Below, in pieces: positions 54,300 through 64,000 of a DNA stretch of 64,000 nucleotides (position 1 is the first letter of the stretch; each line of letters begins with the position of its first letter). The notes below the pieces were generated by a model. That model saw only the letters and a list, made by a program, of their open reading frames with translations. It ran no database searches and had not been told where the DNA came from. The DNA lies in IMG/VR virus record IMGVR_UViG_3300037882_001770, positions 186,001 to 250,000 of that record; one strand, given 5' to 3'. The translations under genes were made by a program, and so were the position numbers.

Positions 54300-57089
54300 A
54301 TGGCACAACCTGTTTGGGTAACTCCGGCTGGTAGCTTAGGCACTATTCCCGAAGGGGTCTTTTATCAAATACCCTTAGAGGCCTATGAACCAGAATTAAT
54401 TCTAACAGTTACCTCTCTGGTGGCCACTGGATCTAGTGTTACTTTAAACTTTGCAACACAAGCAACAATTCCGTTTTTGGTAGGCACAACTATAACAGTA
54501 GCCGGATTTATACCCAACACTTACAACTCGATCTACACAGTAACAGGCGCAACTACCAGCTCGGTTACCTTTGCAAGTACTGTAACTGATTCAGTTACCA
54601 ATTATGGCACAGTGCGTGTGGGAGTACAATTTCAAATTATTGCTGGGTCCTTGCCGCCCGGAATACAAGTTGAAGCCACCGGAGTGATTGAAGGCATTCC
54701 GTCGGCGACAATTGAGATACAAGGTGTTCCGGCCAACGTAAGCAGAGATGTCACTAGCAAATTTGCCATACGAGCCTACACAGAAACCATAGTTAACGGC
54801 ATACGAGTTATTAACCGGCTAGCGGATCGAACATTTACACTAACAGTCACTGGTCAAGACGCTCCTGAATTTATTACACCCCCCGGAAACATTGGAATCT
54901 TTTATGATGGCGCCCAAATTGAGCCAATACAGATAGAATATACTGACACAGATCCAACGGACATAGTTGTTATTAGACTGTCAGCTGGACAATTGCCACC
55001 TGGATTAACGCTAAGTGCGTCTGGACTTATCTCGGGCTACACCATTCCTAATTCGCCTATTGATGCCACGGCCGGATACAGTAGAGACGGGCAAGGATTT
55101 GATGAATACCCGTTTGATTTTTCAACTCAAAGTATCGACACAACATATGAGTTTGTGTTAGAAGTAACCGACGGAAAAAACAGTGACCTGCGGGCCTTTA
55201 CAATCCAGGTGTATTCTCGAGATTCGTTAGACGCTTCAACCACAGATATAACTGCTGACAATACCTTTATCACAGCCGATGCTAGCCCAACTCGTGTGCC
55301 GTTTATTACTACTCCACAGGGCAGTATTGGCACTGTAAGAAATGACAACTTCTTTGCTTTCCAATTCCAAGGACTAGACTTTGACGGCGATCGATTCGAC
55401 TTTGCTGCATTGACTACCTTGCCACCTGGGCTAACCTTAGACCCTGTATCGGGTTGGTTATACGGATACATACCCGACTTGGGCCAGACCGAAAATGTAT
55501 ATAATTTTTCACTACGTGTATTCAAGGTAGACAATCCATTGGTGTTCAGTGAAAACTACAACTATTCATTATCTATAATTGGCACAGTTGATACCACAGT
55601 TACTTGGTTGGTCCCAGGTGACCTGGGATCAATCAACAACGGTGATACTAGTACCTTGTATGTCGCAGCTGAAAATGCCGCTGGCATACCATTATTGTAT
55701 CGACTACAATCAGGTAGCGACAGTAGCTTGCCACAAGGACTGACCTTATTGCCCAGTGGCGATATTGCTGGACGAGTAAGTTTTAACACTTTTGCGTTGG
55801 ACAAAGGAGCGACCACATTTGATGTGGCGTCGCGCACCGGCGCAACAACATTTGACCTTACCTACATCTTTGTGGTCAATGCCTACAGTACCAATGGATT
55901 GGTCAGTGTATTTAAAACCTTTACTATACATCTGGTTCGTGAATATAACGAGCCCTATGAAAATCTGTATATCCAAGCCATGCCACCGCTCAATGATCGA
56001 GCAATAATTAACTCGTTGTTGTCAAACTCTAACATATTCCCAGAAGACCTGTTGTATAGACCAACTGATCCAAATTTTGGATTGGCTGACAGTGTGATTT
56101 ATCAACATGCTTTTGGTCTAACCAGTGCAACTATTGCCGACTATGTGTCAAGTTTGTATCTCAACCACTATTGGAAAAATTTAATACTGGGAAATATTCA
56201 AACAGCGCAGGCGTTAGATGATGATGGAAATGTTTTATATGAAGTGGTGTACAGCAAAATCATCGATAATTTAGTTAATGCGCAAGATCAAAGTGTCAGC
56301 AAAGAAGTCACCTTACCTTACCCTATAGCGTTTCCGGACTCGGCTGAATTGTCTACAGTGTATCCAAACAGTCTAGACAACATGCGAGACCAAGTGATTG
56401 ATACTGTAGGACAAATTAGCAATATTTTACCACGTTGGATGTTGAGCAAACAAGCCAACGGACAAGTGTTGGGATTTACGCCTGCTTGGGTAATTGCCTA
56501 CACCAATCCTGGAAAGAGCGGGCAGATTGCCTACAATATAGAAACACAGTTTACACAACCGTTAAATTTGATAGATTTTAAAGTGGATCGTTACGAGTTA
56601 GATCGTGCTCTAAGTATCAATTGGGATCCGTTGGCTGACAGCAGCCAAGGAGCATGGGAGCCATATCCAACCCTGACTACATTTGACATTAATCCGCATT
56701 ATCAATTGATGTCACAACCAACTGTTGGTGGAACTGGATATGCTGTTGGAGACATAATTGCAATATCCGGCGGTGACCTGTTAGGCGTTCCTGGAGCAAA
56801 TGATGCGTTTTTTACTGTGTCGCAGGTTAGTGATGTTGGTGCAATTGAAATAGTGTTTTGTTCGGGCACAGCCGAGCTGTTCACTGAAGGTGCAGTGTTT
56901 ATTGATTATTTTGGAACAAATATCATTGGATCTGGCAGTGGCGCAACATTCAGCATTGAAACAGTAGCCGGAGTACAAACCGAGTTTGATGGTGGCAGCC
57001 TACGATTTATTAGTCCTGTAGATATGTACACTACCGGTAACGAATACGATAAATATCTCGTATTCCCCAAACGGAACATTTTAGAATAA
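54300..57089 (+). CDS. baseplate wedge-like protein with Ig-like (LPPGL) domains
   Basis: repeated W.TP.GSLG and G.LPPGL.L...G.I.G; LPRWM...Q; F..DRY; DKY..FP. Confidence 0.75.
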   Translation: MAQPVWVTPAGSLGTIPEGVFYQIPLEAYEPELILTVTSLVATGSSVTLNFATQATIPFLVGTTITVAGFIPNTYNSIYTVTGATTSSVTFASTVTDSVTNYGTVRVGVQFQIIAGSLPPGIQVEATGVIEGIPSATIEIQGVPANVSRDVTSKFAIRAYTETIVNGIRVINRLADRTFTLTVTGQDAPEFITPPGNIGIFYDGAQIEPIQIEYTDTDPTDIVVIRLSAGQLPPGLTLSASGLISGYTIPNSPIDATAGYSRDGQGFDEYPFDFSTQSIDTTYEFVLEVTDGKNSDLRAFTIQVYSRDSLDASTTDITADNTFITADASPTRVPFITTPQGSIGTVRNDNFFAFQFQGLDFDGDRFDFAALTTLPPGLTLDPVSGWLYGYIPDLGQTENVYNFSLRVFKVDNPLVFSENYNYSLSIIGTVDTTVTWLVPGDLGSINNGDTSTLYVAAENAAGIPLLYRLQSGSDSSLPQGLTLLPSGDIAGRVSFNTFALDKGATTFDVASRTGATTFDLTYIFVVNAYSTNGLVSVFKTFTIHLVREYNEPYENLYIQAMPPLNDRAIINSLLSNSNIFPEDLLYRPTDPNFGLADSVIYQHAFGLTSATIADYVSSLYLNHYWKNLILGNIQTAQALDDDGNVLYEVVYSKIIDNLVNAQDQSVSKEVTLPYPIAFPDSAELSTVYPNSLDNMRDQVIDTVGQISNILPRWMLSKQANGQVLGFTPAWVIAYTNPGKSGQIAYNIETQFTQPLNLIDFKVDRYELDRALSINWDPLADSSQGAWEPYPTLTTFDINPHYQLMSQPTVGGTGYAVGDIIAISGGDLLGVPGANDAFFTVSQVSDVGAIEIVFCSGTAELFTEGAVFIDYFGTNIIGSGSGATFSIETVAGVQTEFDGGSLRFISPVDMYTTGNEYDKYLVFPKRNILE

Positions 57090-57102
57090 ATTAGGATAAA
57101 CT

Positions 57103-57987
57103 ATGACTAGCTTGATTAACCCAAACAACATTGACGGCGCTTACCCAGTTGCCGGCCAAGACAATAATTCACAAGGATTTCGTGATAATTTTACCAACAC
57201 AAAAACCAACTTTCAGTATGCGTCTAACGAAATCACAGACCTGCAAAATAAAGCAGTTCTCAAAAGCGCATTAACCGGAACCACGCTAAACAACGATATG
57301 TTGGGCAGTTTATTAAGCAATGCAACCATACAGGATTTTGGGTTGACCGCAGTTGCATTAGGCACATTGAGCTCAACTGTAACTATTAACTATGCCGCTG
57401 GACACTACCAAACAGTCACAACTGGAGGCAGTATCAGTTTGAGCTTTACCAATGTTCCGGCGGCTGGTACCGCAGGTGTTTTTGCTGTTCAAATTACAGT
57501 GGCTAGCACTGCGCATACTGTCACATTGCCAGCAGCAGTTAGCGTGAACAGTCGTGGTGTCTGTGGATTGAATACTTCAACTAACGTTATTACTTTTTCC
57601 AGCACCGGCGTGTTTACATTCCAATTTATCACATCAGACGGCGGTTCTTCATATACTGTTAATGAAGTTAACAAGCAACTCCAACCATTCAATAACAGCA
57701 GTGAAGATTTAGCAGCCAGTGGTGCCGCTAATTTGGCACTTGCTACCAGTTACTTTTCGACATCTGCAGCCGAAACAGCAACATTGGCAGCCGGGGTAAA
57801 TGGGCAGATTAAAACTTTTGCTATGTTTGCCGATTCTGGCGATATGGTTATTACTGTAACTAATGCTGGTTGGAAAACTTCAGGCACAGGTACAATTACA
57901 TTTGATACCATTGGTGATGCATGTACACTACAATATATCAATGCCAAATGGTTCTGTATTGGCAACAACGGTTGCGTATTTGCCTAA
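57103..57987 (+). CDS. virion structural protein
   Basis: ID..YPVAGQDN.SQGFRDNF.......EI.DLQ N-terminus; Thr/Ser/Gly-rich. Confidence 0.75.
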   Translation: MTSLINPNNIDGAYPVAGQDNNSQGFRDNFTNTKTNFQYASNEITDLQNKAVLKSALTGTTLNNDMLGSLLSNATIQDFGLTAVALGTLSSTVTINYAAGHYQTVTTGGSISLSFTNVPAAGTAGVFAVQITVASTAHTVTLPAAVSVNSRGVCGLNTSTNVITFSSTGVFTFQFITSDGGSSYTVNEVNKQLQPFNNSSEDLAASGAANLALATSYFSTSAAETATLAAGVNGQIKTFAMFADSGDMVITVTNAGWKTSGTGTITFDTIGDACTLQYINAKWFCIGNNGCVFA

Positions 57988-58031
57988 CCAAACTTATTGA
58001 CAATTGACAATTATTCATATACAATTAGTAT

Positions 58032-58253
58032 ATGGAACATCCGTTAATCACAGGTCTGGACTTGCTAACTCCAGACCAACTGTTAGAAAAAATATCCGAA
58101 CTTAATCGAAAGTTAGCATTTGCCTATCGATCTGGCAATGTAAATTTATGCAATCAGATTCGTATGGCCATCGATAGCCACCAATCCATCTACCAAGAAA
58201 AAACTCGTCGCAATCCCGGAACAGCATTTGACGATGTTATTGACATATCATGA
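58032..58253 (+). CDS. hypothetical protein
   Basis: promoter TTGACA 57997 / TACAAT 58020. Confidence 0.7.
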   Translation: MEHPLITGLDLLTPDQLLEKISELNRKLAFAYRSGNVNLCNQIRMAIDSHQSIYQEKTRRNPGTAFDDVIDIS

Positions 58254-58858
58254 ACGTTAGAATACACCACACTTTGCCATTTACAGCCGGAGTTTACTAC
58301 AATGGCCGGATGCAGATGAACACCTATAGTTTAAAACTATGGATGCTGACCAACAGCATGGATGCCAATGATCATAATATAAGTTTTGAGCGCATCAAAC
58401 ATTTTATCTACTCTGAAATCGAAAGCACAATTTTTATCAATAGTGAACACCGCGAACAGTGCCAACTGTATGCCAATGCAGGTCTTAATATTACAACTAT
58501 TCCAGGAGAACCAGTCGACCAATTGATTGGAATCATGCTATACTGTAAACTAAATGCTATTACTGAAACTCGCATGATAATCGTGGAAACAGAACTCAGC
58601 AGTCACCTTGGCGATGGCATGGTGTATATACATAGCGACGATGAAAATATACAAGGCGTTGAGGTACCAGACTGGTGGCTCACCCCCGATCTTGTTCATT
58701 GTGACAGTGCGTTGATTGACGTTGATAATGTGGTTCCTATGCACTTGACCAGTGCCTGGCGAGATTTTGATTTAAACTGGGTTGAAACCTCTGACAAGAA
58801 AACAAAAAACGATAACACTGTAGTATTTGCAGACTTTGGTAGAGATGATACAAAATAA
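58250..58858 (+). CDS. hypothetical protein
   Basis: 202-aa ORF coupled to the DnaE fragment. Confidence 0.75.
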   Translation: MNVRIHHTLPFTAGVYYNGRMQMNTYSLKLWMLTNSMDANDHNISFERIKHFIYSEIESTIFINSEHREQCQLYANAGLNITTIPGEPVDQLIGIMLYCKLNAITETRMIIVETELSSHLGDGMVYIHSDDENIQGVEVPDWWLTPDLVHCDSALIDVDNVVPMHLTSAWRDFDLNWVETSDKKTKNDNTVVFADFGRDDTK

Positions 58859-59366
58859 ATTTGGTGAACTAGTATTTTCAGAAAACGACATATGCGATTT
58901 GCTCATGCAAGGACGCACGGTTAATTCATTAAAAAATGTTGTTGTTGATGAAACTGTAAATATCGAGGCACTGGCCAAGTTGGTTGACCGTCCAGAAAGT
59001 CTACTGACTTGGTCGTTTCCGTACGATGCAGAAACTTCTGTTCCGGAGTTTCATTTGACACAGCAGATGTCCTGGCACATGCCCGATGAATATAAGCAAA
59101 TAGACATAGCAGCTTACATATTAGGGCTGTGCAATAACGAAGCAGAATTGCAAAGGTGCGGCGCAGAGTTATTGTTGTTTCAAGAAAAAGATCTATTCAA
59201 CCTGTTGCGTTACTTGAAATATCTAGTGGATGTCATGACCACCAACCATATTATATGGGGTGTAGGACGTGGGTCAAGTGTAGCCAGCTATGTATTGTAC
59301 AAATTGGGTGTGCACCAAATTGACAGCATGTTCTACGAATTAGACCCCACTGAATTTCTGCGTTAA
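58845..59366 (+). CDS. dnaE: DNA polymerase III alpha subunit fragment (split DnaE)
   Basis: R...EL......L..L.YLVD......I.WGVGRGSSVASYVLY.LGVH.ID...YEL...EFL. Confidence 0.85.
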   Translation: MIQNKFGELVFSENDICDLLMQGRTVNSLKNVVVDETVNIEALAKLVDRPESLLTWSFPYDAETSVPEFHLTQQMSWHMPDEYKQIDIAAYILGLCNNEAELQRCGAELLLFQEKDLFNLLRYLKYLVDVMTTNHIIWGVGRGSSVASYVLYKLGVHQIDSMFYELDPTEFLR

Positions 59367-59393
59367 ATACACCCATATTATTAAGGAAATATT

Positions 59394-59867
59394 ATGACCA
59401 AAAAGATATACAAAACAGCAATGGGCAAAACTGTTGATCTTGGCTCACTGCTACTGCAAAACGAAACAGTGCGAGCCGTGGGCAACATGAATGTCAATGC
59501 CCGAGGCGATCTATTGGATAGCAACAATCGTGTGATTGATCAAAAAAGTCGTCAAGTTCAACGACAATATCGACGCCAAACCAACGTTTCTAATATTCCT
59601 GTGGCTACCAGCACTCGGACTGCCAAGGAAAAACAATTTATTAATACTGTAAACTCAGATGTTTTGGAGCCTGCGCTCGGTAATGAGTTTACAGAGTCTC
59701 CTGAGAATATTGTAGTTGCTCCTGGTGTAGTGAATTCTGAAATTGATGCCACAGTGGAGCCACAAGGCGGTCTTGCAGCTGCTATTGCTCGTGCCAAAAC
59801 TGTCAAGCAAGAACTAGAAAAAACTGCAAAACAACAAGCTCAGTCACAACCACTAAAACGTATCTAA
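59394..59867 (+). CDS. hypothetical late protein
   Basis: TAAATA promoter at about 59364; GK.VD...L...NE...AVGNM.VNARGD. Confidence 0.75.
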   Translation: MTKKIYKTAMGKTVDLGSLLLQNETVRAVGNMNVNARGDLLDSNNRVIDQKSRQVQRQYRRQTNVSNIPVATSTRTAKEKQFINTVNSDVLEPALGNEFTESPENIVVAPGVVNSEIDATVEPQGGLAAAIARAKTVKQELEKTAKQQAQSQPLKRI

Positions 59868-59875
59868 GAGGAATT

Positions 59876-60277
59876 ATGATTAAACCAGCATTTGCTCCAC
59901 ATAAAATTCAGCAGAAACAATTACAAGCTATTAAAAAAGATATCATTGTTACCGATATGGAATTTGCTGAACGATTTACCGCCAACGGATTGATACTGCC
60001 ATCTGACAATGGCACTAGCCTGGGCATTAGACCGCGCTGGGGTAAAGTGTATGCAGTCGGTTCAGACCAGCAAGATGTATCAGTAGGACAATGGGTATGT
60101 GTGGCACACGGCCGCTGGACTCGCGGCCTGGACATTGAGGATGAAACTGGCAAGCGTACTATTCGCAAAATTGACCCAAACGATCTACTGTTGGTGTCTG
60201 ACGAAAAGCCCATGGATATGACCATGAGCAGTGCTATACACGTAGGAAAGAAACCCGCTGATCAACTGCATGATTAA
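59876..60277 (+). CDS. groES: GroES-like co-chaperonin
   Basis: T..GLILP.D; G.V.AVG....V.VG.WV.V; D.LLV. Confidence 0.75.
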   Translation: MIKPAFAPHKIQQKQLQAIKKDIIVTDMEFAERFTANGLILPSDNGTSLGIRPRWGKVYAVGSDQQDVSVGQWVCVAHGRWTRGLDIEDETGKRTIRKIDPNDLLLVSDEKPMDMTMSSAIHVGKKPADQLHD

Positions 60278-60280
60278 ACC

Positions 60281-60502
60281 ATGGGTTTCAAAAAACCAAA
60301 TCTAAATGAAGCCAACTGGGCTATACGTACAGCACTGACCGAAATTCACAGTCCGTTAAATGATGGATTTATTCAAAGTAGTTGCAAACACGAGTTATAC
60401 ATGTTAAAATGTTGGCTAAACGACGAATATGACAAACTTCCAATATTTGTTGGGGAAGAACTATGGGAACAAGAACGAATAGTACAGATACTGAAAAAGT
60501 AA
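60281..60502 (+). CDS. hypothetical protein
   Basis: SP.NDGF....CK..LY.LK....P.F.GEE.W. Confidence 0.7.
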   Translation: MGFKKPNLNEANWAIRTALTEIHSPLNDGFIQSSCKHELYMLKCWLNDEYDKLPIFVGEELWEQERIVQILKK

Positions 60503-60663
60503 AACCTTCAAAATGTAGTTTGTGTAATCAAGAGTATACCCCTGTGTGTGATTATCGGCAAGGACGATGTCCACATCATTCCAGCTGGTTAGATAATATT
60601 TTATCTGATCCATACAAGTCAAGATTTTACAATTTACTTAAATTTTTAAAAGGCAACAAATGA
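60463..60663 (+). CDS. small Cys/His (zinc-binding?) protein
   Basis: C..C......CDY.QGRCPH; ATGA coupling to clamp loader. Confidence 0.55.
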   Translation: MGTRTNSTDTEKVKPSKCSLCNQEYTPVCDYRQGRCPHHSSWLDNILSDPYKSRFYNLLKFLKGNK

Positions 60664-61580
60664 AAGAACTTTGGGTAGAAAAATATAGACCTAATACTAT
60701 AGACGGTTACGTATTTCGCGACACCGCTCAGCGGGAACAAATTGAAAGCTGGATCAAGGATCGAGCAATTCCACATTTGATATTCAGTGGCAATGCTGGC
60801 ATTGGAAAAACAACACTGGCTAAGATTTTGATCAATCAGCTCGAAATAAACGAATATGATCTATTGGAAATCAATGCCAGTCGAACCAACAGTGTTGACG
60901 ATGTTAGAGTAAAGATTCAGACCTTTGTAGAAACAATGCCCTTTGGCGACTTCAAAATTGTGTTGTTAGACGAAGCAGATTATCTAAGCCCTAATGCTCA
61001 AGCCGCACTTCGAGGAGTTATGGAAACCTATGCGCATACAGCCAGATTTATTTTAACCTGTAACTACCCAACCAAGATTATTCCGGCACTACACAGTCGC
61101 TGTCAGGGCTTTCACATTGAACGTGTTGACATGACTGAATTTACTGCTCGAGCAGCTACAGTGCTGGTTGAAGAATCAATTGAATTTGACCTAGATACCC
61201 TAGATACCTATGTCAAGGCTGCTTATCCAGACCTGCGCAAATGTTTAAATACCTTGCAAATGAATAGTTCGTCGGGTAAACTGTTGGTCCCCAGTGGCGA
61301 TGCCGGCAGTACAGGCGACTGGAAACTGTCGGCAGTTGAATTGTTTAAAGAAGGGCGGATCAATGACGCTCGCAAACTGATGTGTAGTCAAGCTCGGCCC
61401 GAGGAAATGGAAGATGTATTCCGTTGGATGTACGACAACTTGTCGTTATGGAGCAAGGACACCGAAAAGCAAGATCAAGCAATTATTATCATTCGTAACG
61501 GCTTGGTGAATGTGCCAATGGTGGCGGATCAGGAGATCAATCTATCAGCAACTATCACGGAACTTTGCCAGTTGCAATGA
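60660..61580 (+). CDS. sliding clamp loader subunit (RFC/gp44-like AAA+)
   Basis: LWVEKYRP, GNAGIGKTT, INAS, LLDEAD, SRC, DLRK. Confidence 0.95.
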   Translation: MKELWVEKYRPNTIDGYVFRDTAQREQIESWIKDRAIPHLIFSGNAGIGKTTLAKILINQLEINEYDLLEINASRTNSVDDVRVKIQTFVETMPFGDFKIVLLDEADYLSPNAQAALRGVMETYAHTARFILTCNYPTKIIPALHSRCQGFHIERVDMTEFTARAATVLVEESIEFDLDTLDTYVKAAYPDLRKCLNTLQMNSSSGKLLVPSGDAGSTGDWKLSAVELFKEGRINDARKLMCSQARPEEMEDVFRWMYDNLSLWSKDTEKQDQAIIIIRNGLVNVPMVADQEINLSATITELCQLQ

Positions 61581-62773
61581 AAAAGGTAATACCGATACAG
61601 ACAGATCGTGATTATTATTGTTCAAATAAATTTACTTTTTTAAAAATTGATTTTGAAAAACAAACCACGTATAATTGTCATGCAGCCACACCCCATCCAA
61701 TTGATTTTGTCTGGTTAGAAAATAATCCTGGGCAATTGTTTAATACGCCAATCAACATGTCTGAACGTGAGTTGATGTTGGATAATCAACGTAACCCTAG
61801 TTGTGAACAAAACTGCTATCCAGCCGAAGATCGTGGCCAGGTCAGTACTCGAATGTTACAGTCTACTCCGGATCGTCAATACACTGATGTTCTAACTCAC
61901 CCCAAGCTGGTGGACTTTACACTGTTTAGTGAATGCAACCTTACCTGTAGTTATTGTTGCAAAGAATACAGCAGTGCCTGGCGCAATGACTTGTTAAAAA
62001 ACGGATCGTATGATCTGCCAAATTACGCCAATCAAAATCGCATGAAATTGTTGCCTATAGATATTGTGTCTGGTAAGGTAAGTCAAAAAGAAAAAGCAAA
62101 TTTGCCTAAGATAAAATTGCTATTGGAGCAAGTTTACAACAGTCGAGAACATCTTGAAATTTTAACCATCACCGGCGGGGAGCCATTTCTAAACAATCTG
62201 CTACCAGAGATATTAGAAAAATTTAAAACAGTTCCTAGAATTGATTTGTTTACTGGTCTTGGAGTTAACACCGAACGATTTAAAAAAATATTATCTGTGG
62301 TATCACAATACAAAAATATCAACTTGTGCATCAGTGCCGAATCTACAGAAAAAAATTACGAGTTTAACCGCTACGGCATGACTTGGCAAAATTTTCAAGA
62401 ACGATTAAAAATTATTCAAGATCTTGGAATCAAATTTGAATTCCACTGCACTATCTCTAATCTTACAGTGTTAGGGTTCAAGGACTTTTATAAACTCTAC
62501 AAAGATGTCAAACTACATATAGACTTTGTGCATCACCCCGATTTTATGTCAGCCAGCAACTTAGATCCTGCATCCAAACAACAAGTCATAGATGATTTAT
62601 TGCCATATCAAGACGATGTAAAAATCCAACAGATATTACAAACCGTAATCAGCGATCATGTAAATAACGATCATAGGGTAACTATGGCCACGTGGCTAGA
62701 GCAGTTTGCTAGTCGTCGACAACTTGATTTAAATTTATACCCAAAAACTTTTTTAGATTGGCTAAAACAATGA
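61577..62773 (+). CDS. radical SAM protein with N-terminal Cys cluster
   Basis: C..KF...CH...SCEQNC; CNLTCSYC; TGGEP. Confidence 0.9.
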   Translation: MKKVIPIQTDRDYYCSNKFTFLKIDFEKQTTYNCHAATPHPIDFVWLENNPGQLFNTPINMSERELMLDNQRNPSCEQNCYPAEDRGQVSTRMLQSTPDRQYTDVLTHPKLVDFTLFSECNLTCSYCCKEYSSAWRNDLLKNGSYDLPNYANQNRMKLLPIDIVSGKVSQKEKANLPKIKLLLEQVYNSREHLEILTITGGEPFLNNLLPEILEKFKTVPRIDLFTGLGVNTERFKKILSVVSQYKNINLCISAESTEKNYEFNRYGMTWQNFQERLKIIQDLGIKFEFHCTISNLTVLGFKDFYKLYKDVKLHIDFVHHPDFMSASNLDPASKQQVIDDLLPYQDDVKIQQILQTVISDHVNNDHRVTMATWLEQFASRRQLDLNLYPKTFLDWLKQ

Positions 62774-63069
62774 GATATCTATTACTAACTTATTATACCA
62801 AACCCAATGGTCAAATCGATGAGGTTATGACAGTTGCTAACAAATTAAAAACCAGAGACTGGCAGACCTGTAACATTATTCTGGACTTCAAGGATCAAAA
62901 AGTATTGTTGTCCAGTGTCAAAGGTATGACCTCCACTAAAGACTGGGACACTGTTGTTGCTTATTATTACAAGCATTATACTCGCACAATCGAACGCATG
63001 TTTGAAGAAAACGGGCACCCTTTAAGTATTTTAGTGGACCAACGCAAAACAACAGAGGTTGACCAATAA
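62770..63069 (+). CDS. hypothetical protein
   Basis: MRYLLLTY..KPNGQIDE...ILDFK..KV; ATGA coupling. Confidence 0.75.
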   Translation: MRYLLLTYYTKPNGQIDEVMTVANKLKTRDWQTCNIILDFKDQKVLLSSVKGMTSTKDWDTVVAYYYKHYTRTIERMFEENGHPLSILVDQRKTTEVDQ

Positions 63070-63093
63070 TCCGATTTCATGTATAATAATACT

Positions 63094-63705
63094 ATGAAAT
63101 CGAAATTTAAGAACTTAGATCGTTTAATCCTAACTGATTGTGACGGTGTATGCCTTGACTGGGAGTGGGCCTTTAATGTTTGGATGCAGGAGCATGGATT
63201 TACCGAAGTTGATGGTAGCAAGTTCAGCTACGACATGAGTATCAGGTATAACATACCTAGGGAACAAGTAACCAAGCTGATACGCATTTTTAATGAAAGT
63301 GCCGCAATTGGTTTTCTACCAGCTATGCGTGATTCGGTGTATTACATCAAACGATTGCATGAAGAACACGGATTCCGTTTCCATGCTATCACTAGTCTGA
63401 GTTTAGATCCTAATGCTCAAAAACTACGTGAAATGAATATTCACAAGTTATTCGGTCCGACTGCATTTGAAAGAATTGTATGTTTGGATACCGGTGCACA
63501 CAAAGACGAAGCACTTGAGGAATATGAAGGCACTGGATGCTTCTGGGTAGAAGACAAAATTGAAAATGCCGAAGTTGGATACCGAGCAGGATTAAAAAGT
63601 TTGTTGCTCGAACATGGGCACAACATGAACCATGAGTGCCCATACCCGATTGTGAAGAACTGGAAACAGATCTATCACATTGTTACTGACTACTCCGAAG
63701 CGTAA
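63094..63705 (+). CDS. HAD-superfamily (T4 gp30.2-like) protein
   Basis: LTDCDGV.LDW; ITS; WVEDK; H.HN; promoter 63059/63082. Confidence 0.85.
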   Translation: MKSKFKNLDRLILTDCDGVCLDWEWAFNVWMQEHGFTEVDGSKFSYDMSIRYNIPREQVTKLIRIFNESAAIGFLPAMRDSVYYIKRLHEEHGFRFHAITSLSLDPNAQKLREMNIHKLFGPTAFERIVCLDTGAHKDEALEEYEGTGCFWVEDKIENAEVGYRAGLKSLLLEHGHNMNHECPYPIVKNWKQIYHIVTDYSEA

Positions 63706-64000
63706 AGTTTTAGCACAGAATCAATAATTCTGTGTCGCTGTATGTCCTTGTTGTCCAAATGACAAACTGCGATTCCTTTTACACCCCCTTCCTCTAATCG
63801 TGAACAAAGGTCCATTAAACCATTGTTGCCGCGATTACGATCGGCCTGTTCTACGTCGCCCGTGATTACAATTTTTGAGCCTTCGCCGATACGGGTCATC
63901 AGCATTTTTACCTGATTAGGTGTTGCATTTTGCATTTCATCTGCAATAATAAAACTATTTTTGAATGTGCGGCCACGCATAAAAGCCAATGGTGCAATTT
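63690..64000 (-). CDS. phoH: PhoH-like ATPase (C-terminal part, truncated by window edge)
   Basis: APLAFMRGRTF.N.FIIADEMQN; LMTRIG.GSK.V.TGD..Q.D; DIQRH. Confidence 0.93.
   Translation of the reverse strand, partial: IAPLAFMRGRTFKNSFIIADEMQNATPNQVKMLMTRIGEGSKIVITGDVEQADRNRGNNGLMDLCSRLEEGGVKGIAVCHLDNKDIQRHRIIDSVLKLYASE

Noticed and set aside
58250-58858. QueD/7-deazaguanine pathway gene
   Set aside because: No clear QueD His/Cys motifs and no queC/folE/dpdA in the window
1-64000. Stop-codon reassignment, tRNA genes, integrase/transposase, or a bacterial chromosome origin
   Set aside because: Conserved genes are full length with TAA, TAG and TGA all used as stops; no cloverleaf/T-loop signature or recombinase motif seen; host-like genes are interspersed with phage structural genes and phage promoters

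Overview
This window looks like a 64-kb segment of a large lytic tailed-phage (myovirus-like, probably jumbo) genome. It is AT-rich, gene-dense, uses the standard genetic code and lies mostly on the + strand. Phage evidence: tail-fibre/baseplate-type genes (20.3-23.7 kb, 51.5-58 kb), a clamp loader, a short DnaE fragment, GroES-like, PhoH and UvsE genes, about 18 sigma70-type early promoters (TTGAC[CA]-N17-TATAAT/TATACT) and T4-like late promoters (TAAATA/TAAGTA). The DnaE-fragment/GroES/clamp-loader/PhoH neighbourhood resembles Rak2/GAP32-type large phages, and the host-like genes suggest an aquatic proteobacterial host; both are inferences. Auxiliary genes include a nucleotide-sugar dehydrogenase/oxygenase/amidinotransferase cluster, fatty-acid desaturase, two ClpP, four radical SAM enzymes, rubredoxin and rubrerythrin, Fe/Mn SOD, ErpA, IF-1 and a PlcP-like phosphoesterase/GT4 pair. 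The best candidates for undescribed biology are: (i) a structured ncRNA followed by a ParB/DGQHR + GIY-YIG-like + EHxxP + DNA-methyltransferase operon (35.9-39.9 kb); (ii) a small-gene array at 26.3-29.5 kb with conserved junction sequences and paralog anchors; (iii) repeated palindrome-terminator-promoter-RBS modules; (iv) several other structured intergenic RNAs; (v) a LysR/OxyR-like box over the rubredoxin-rubrerythrin unit and a SOD with a possible capsid-targeting leader. No tRNA, rRNA, CRISPR array, integrase or transposase was recognised. All functional calls come from reading motifs by eye, not from database searches.
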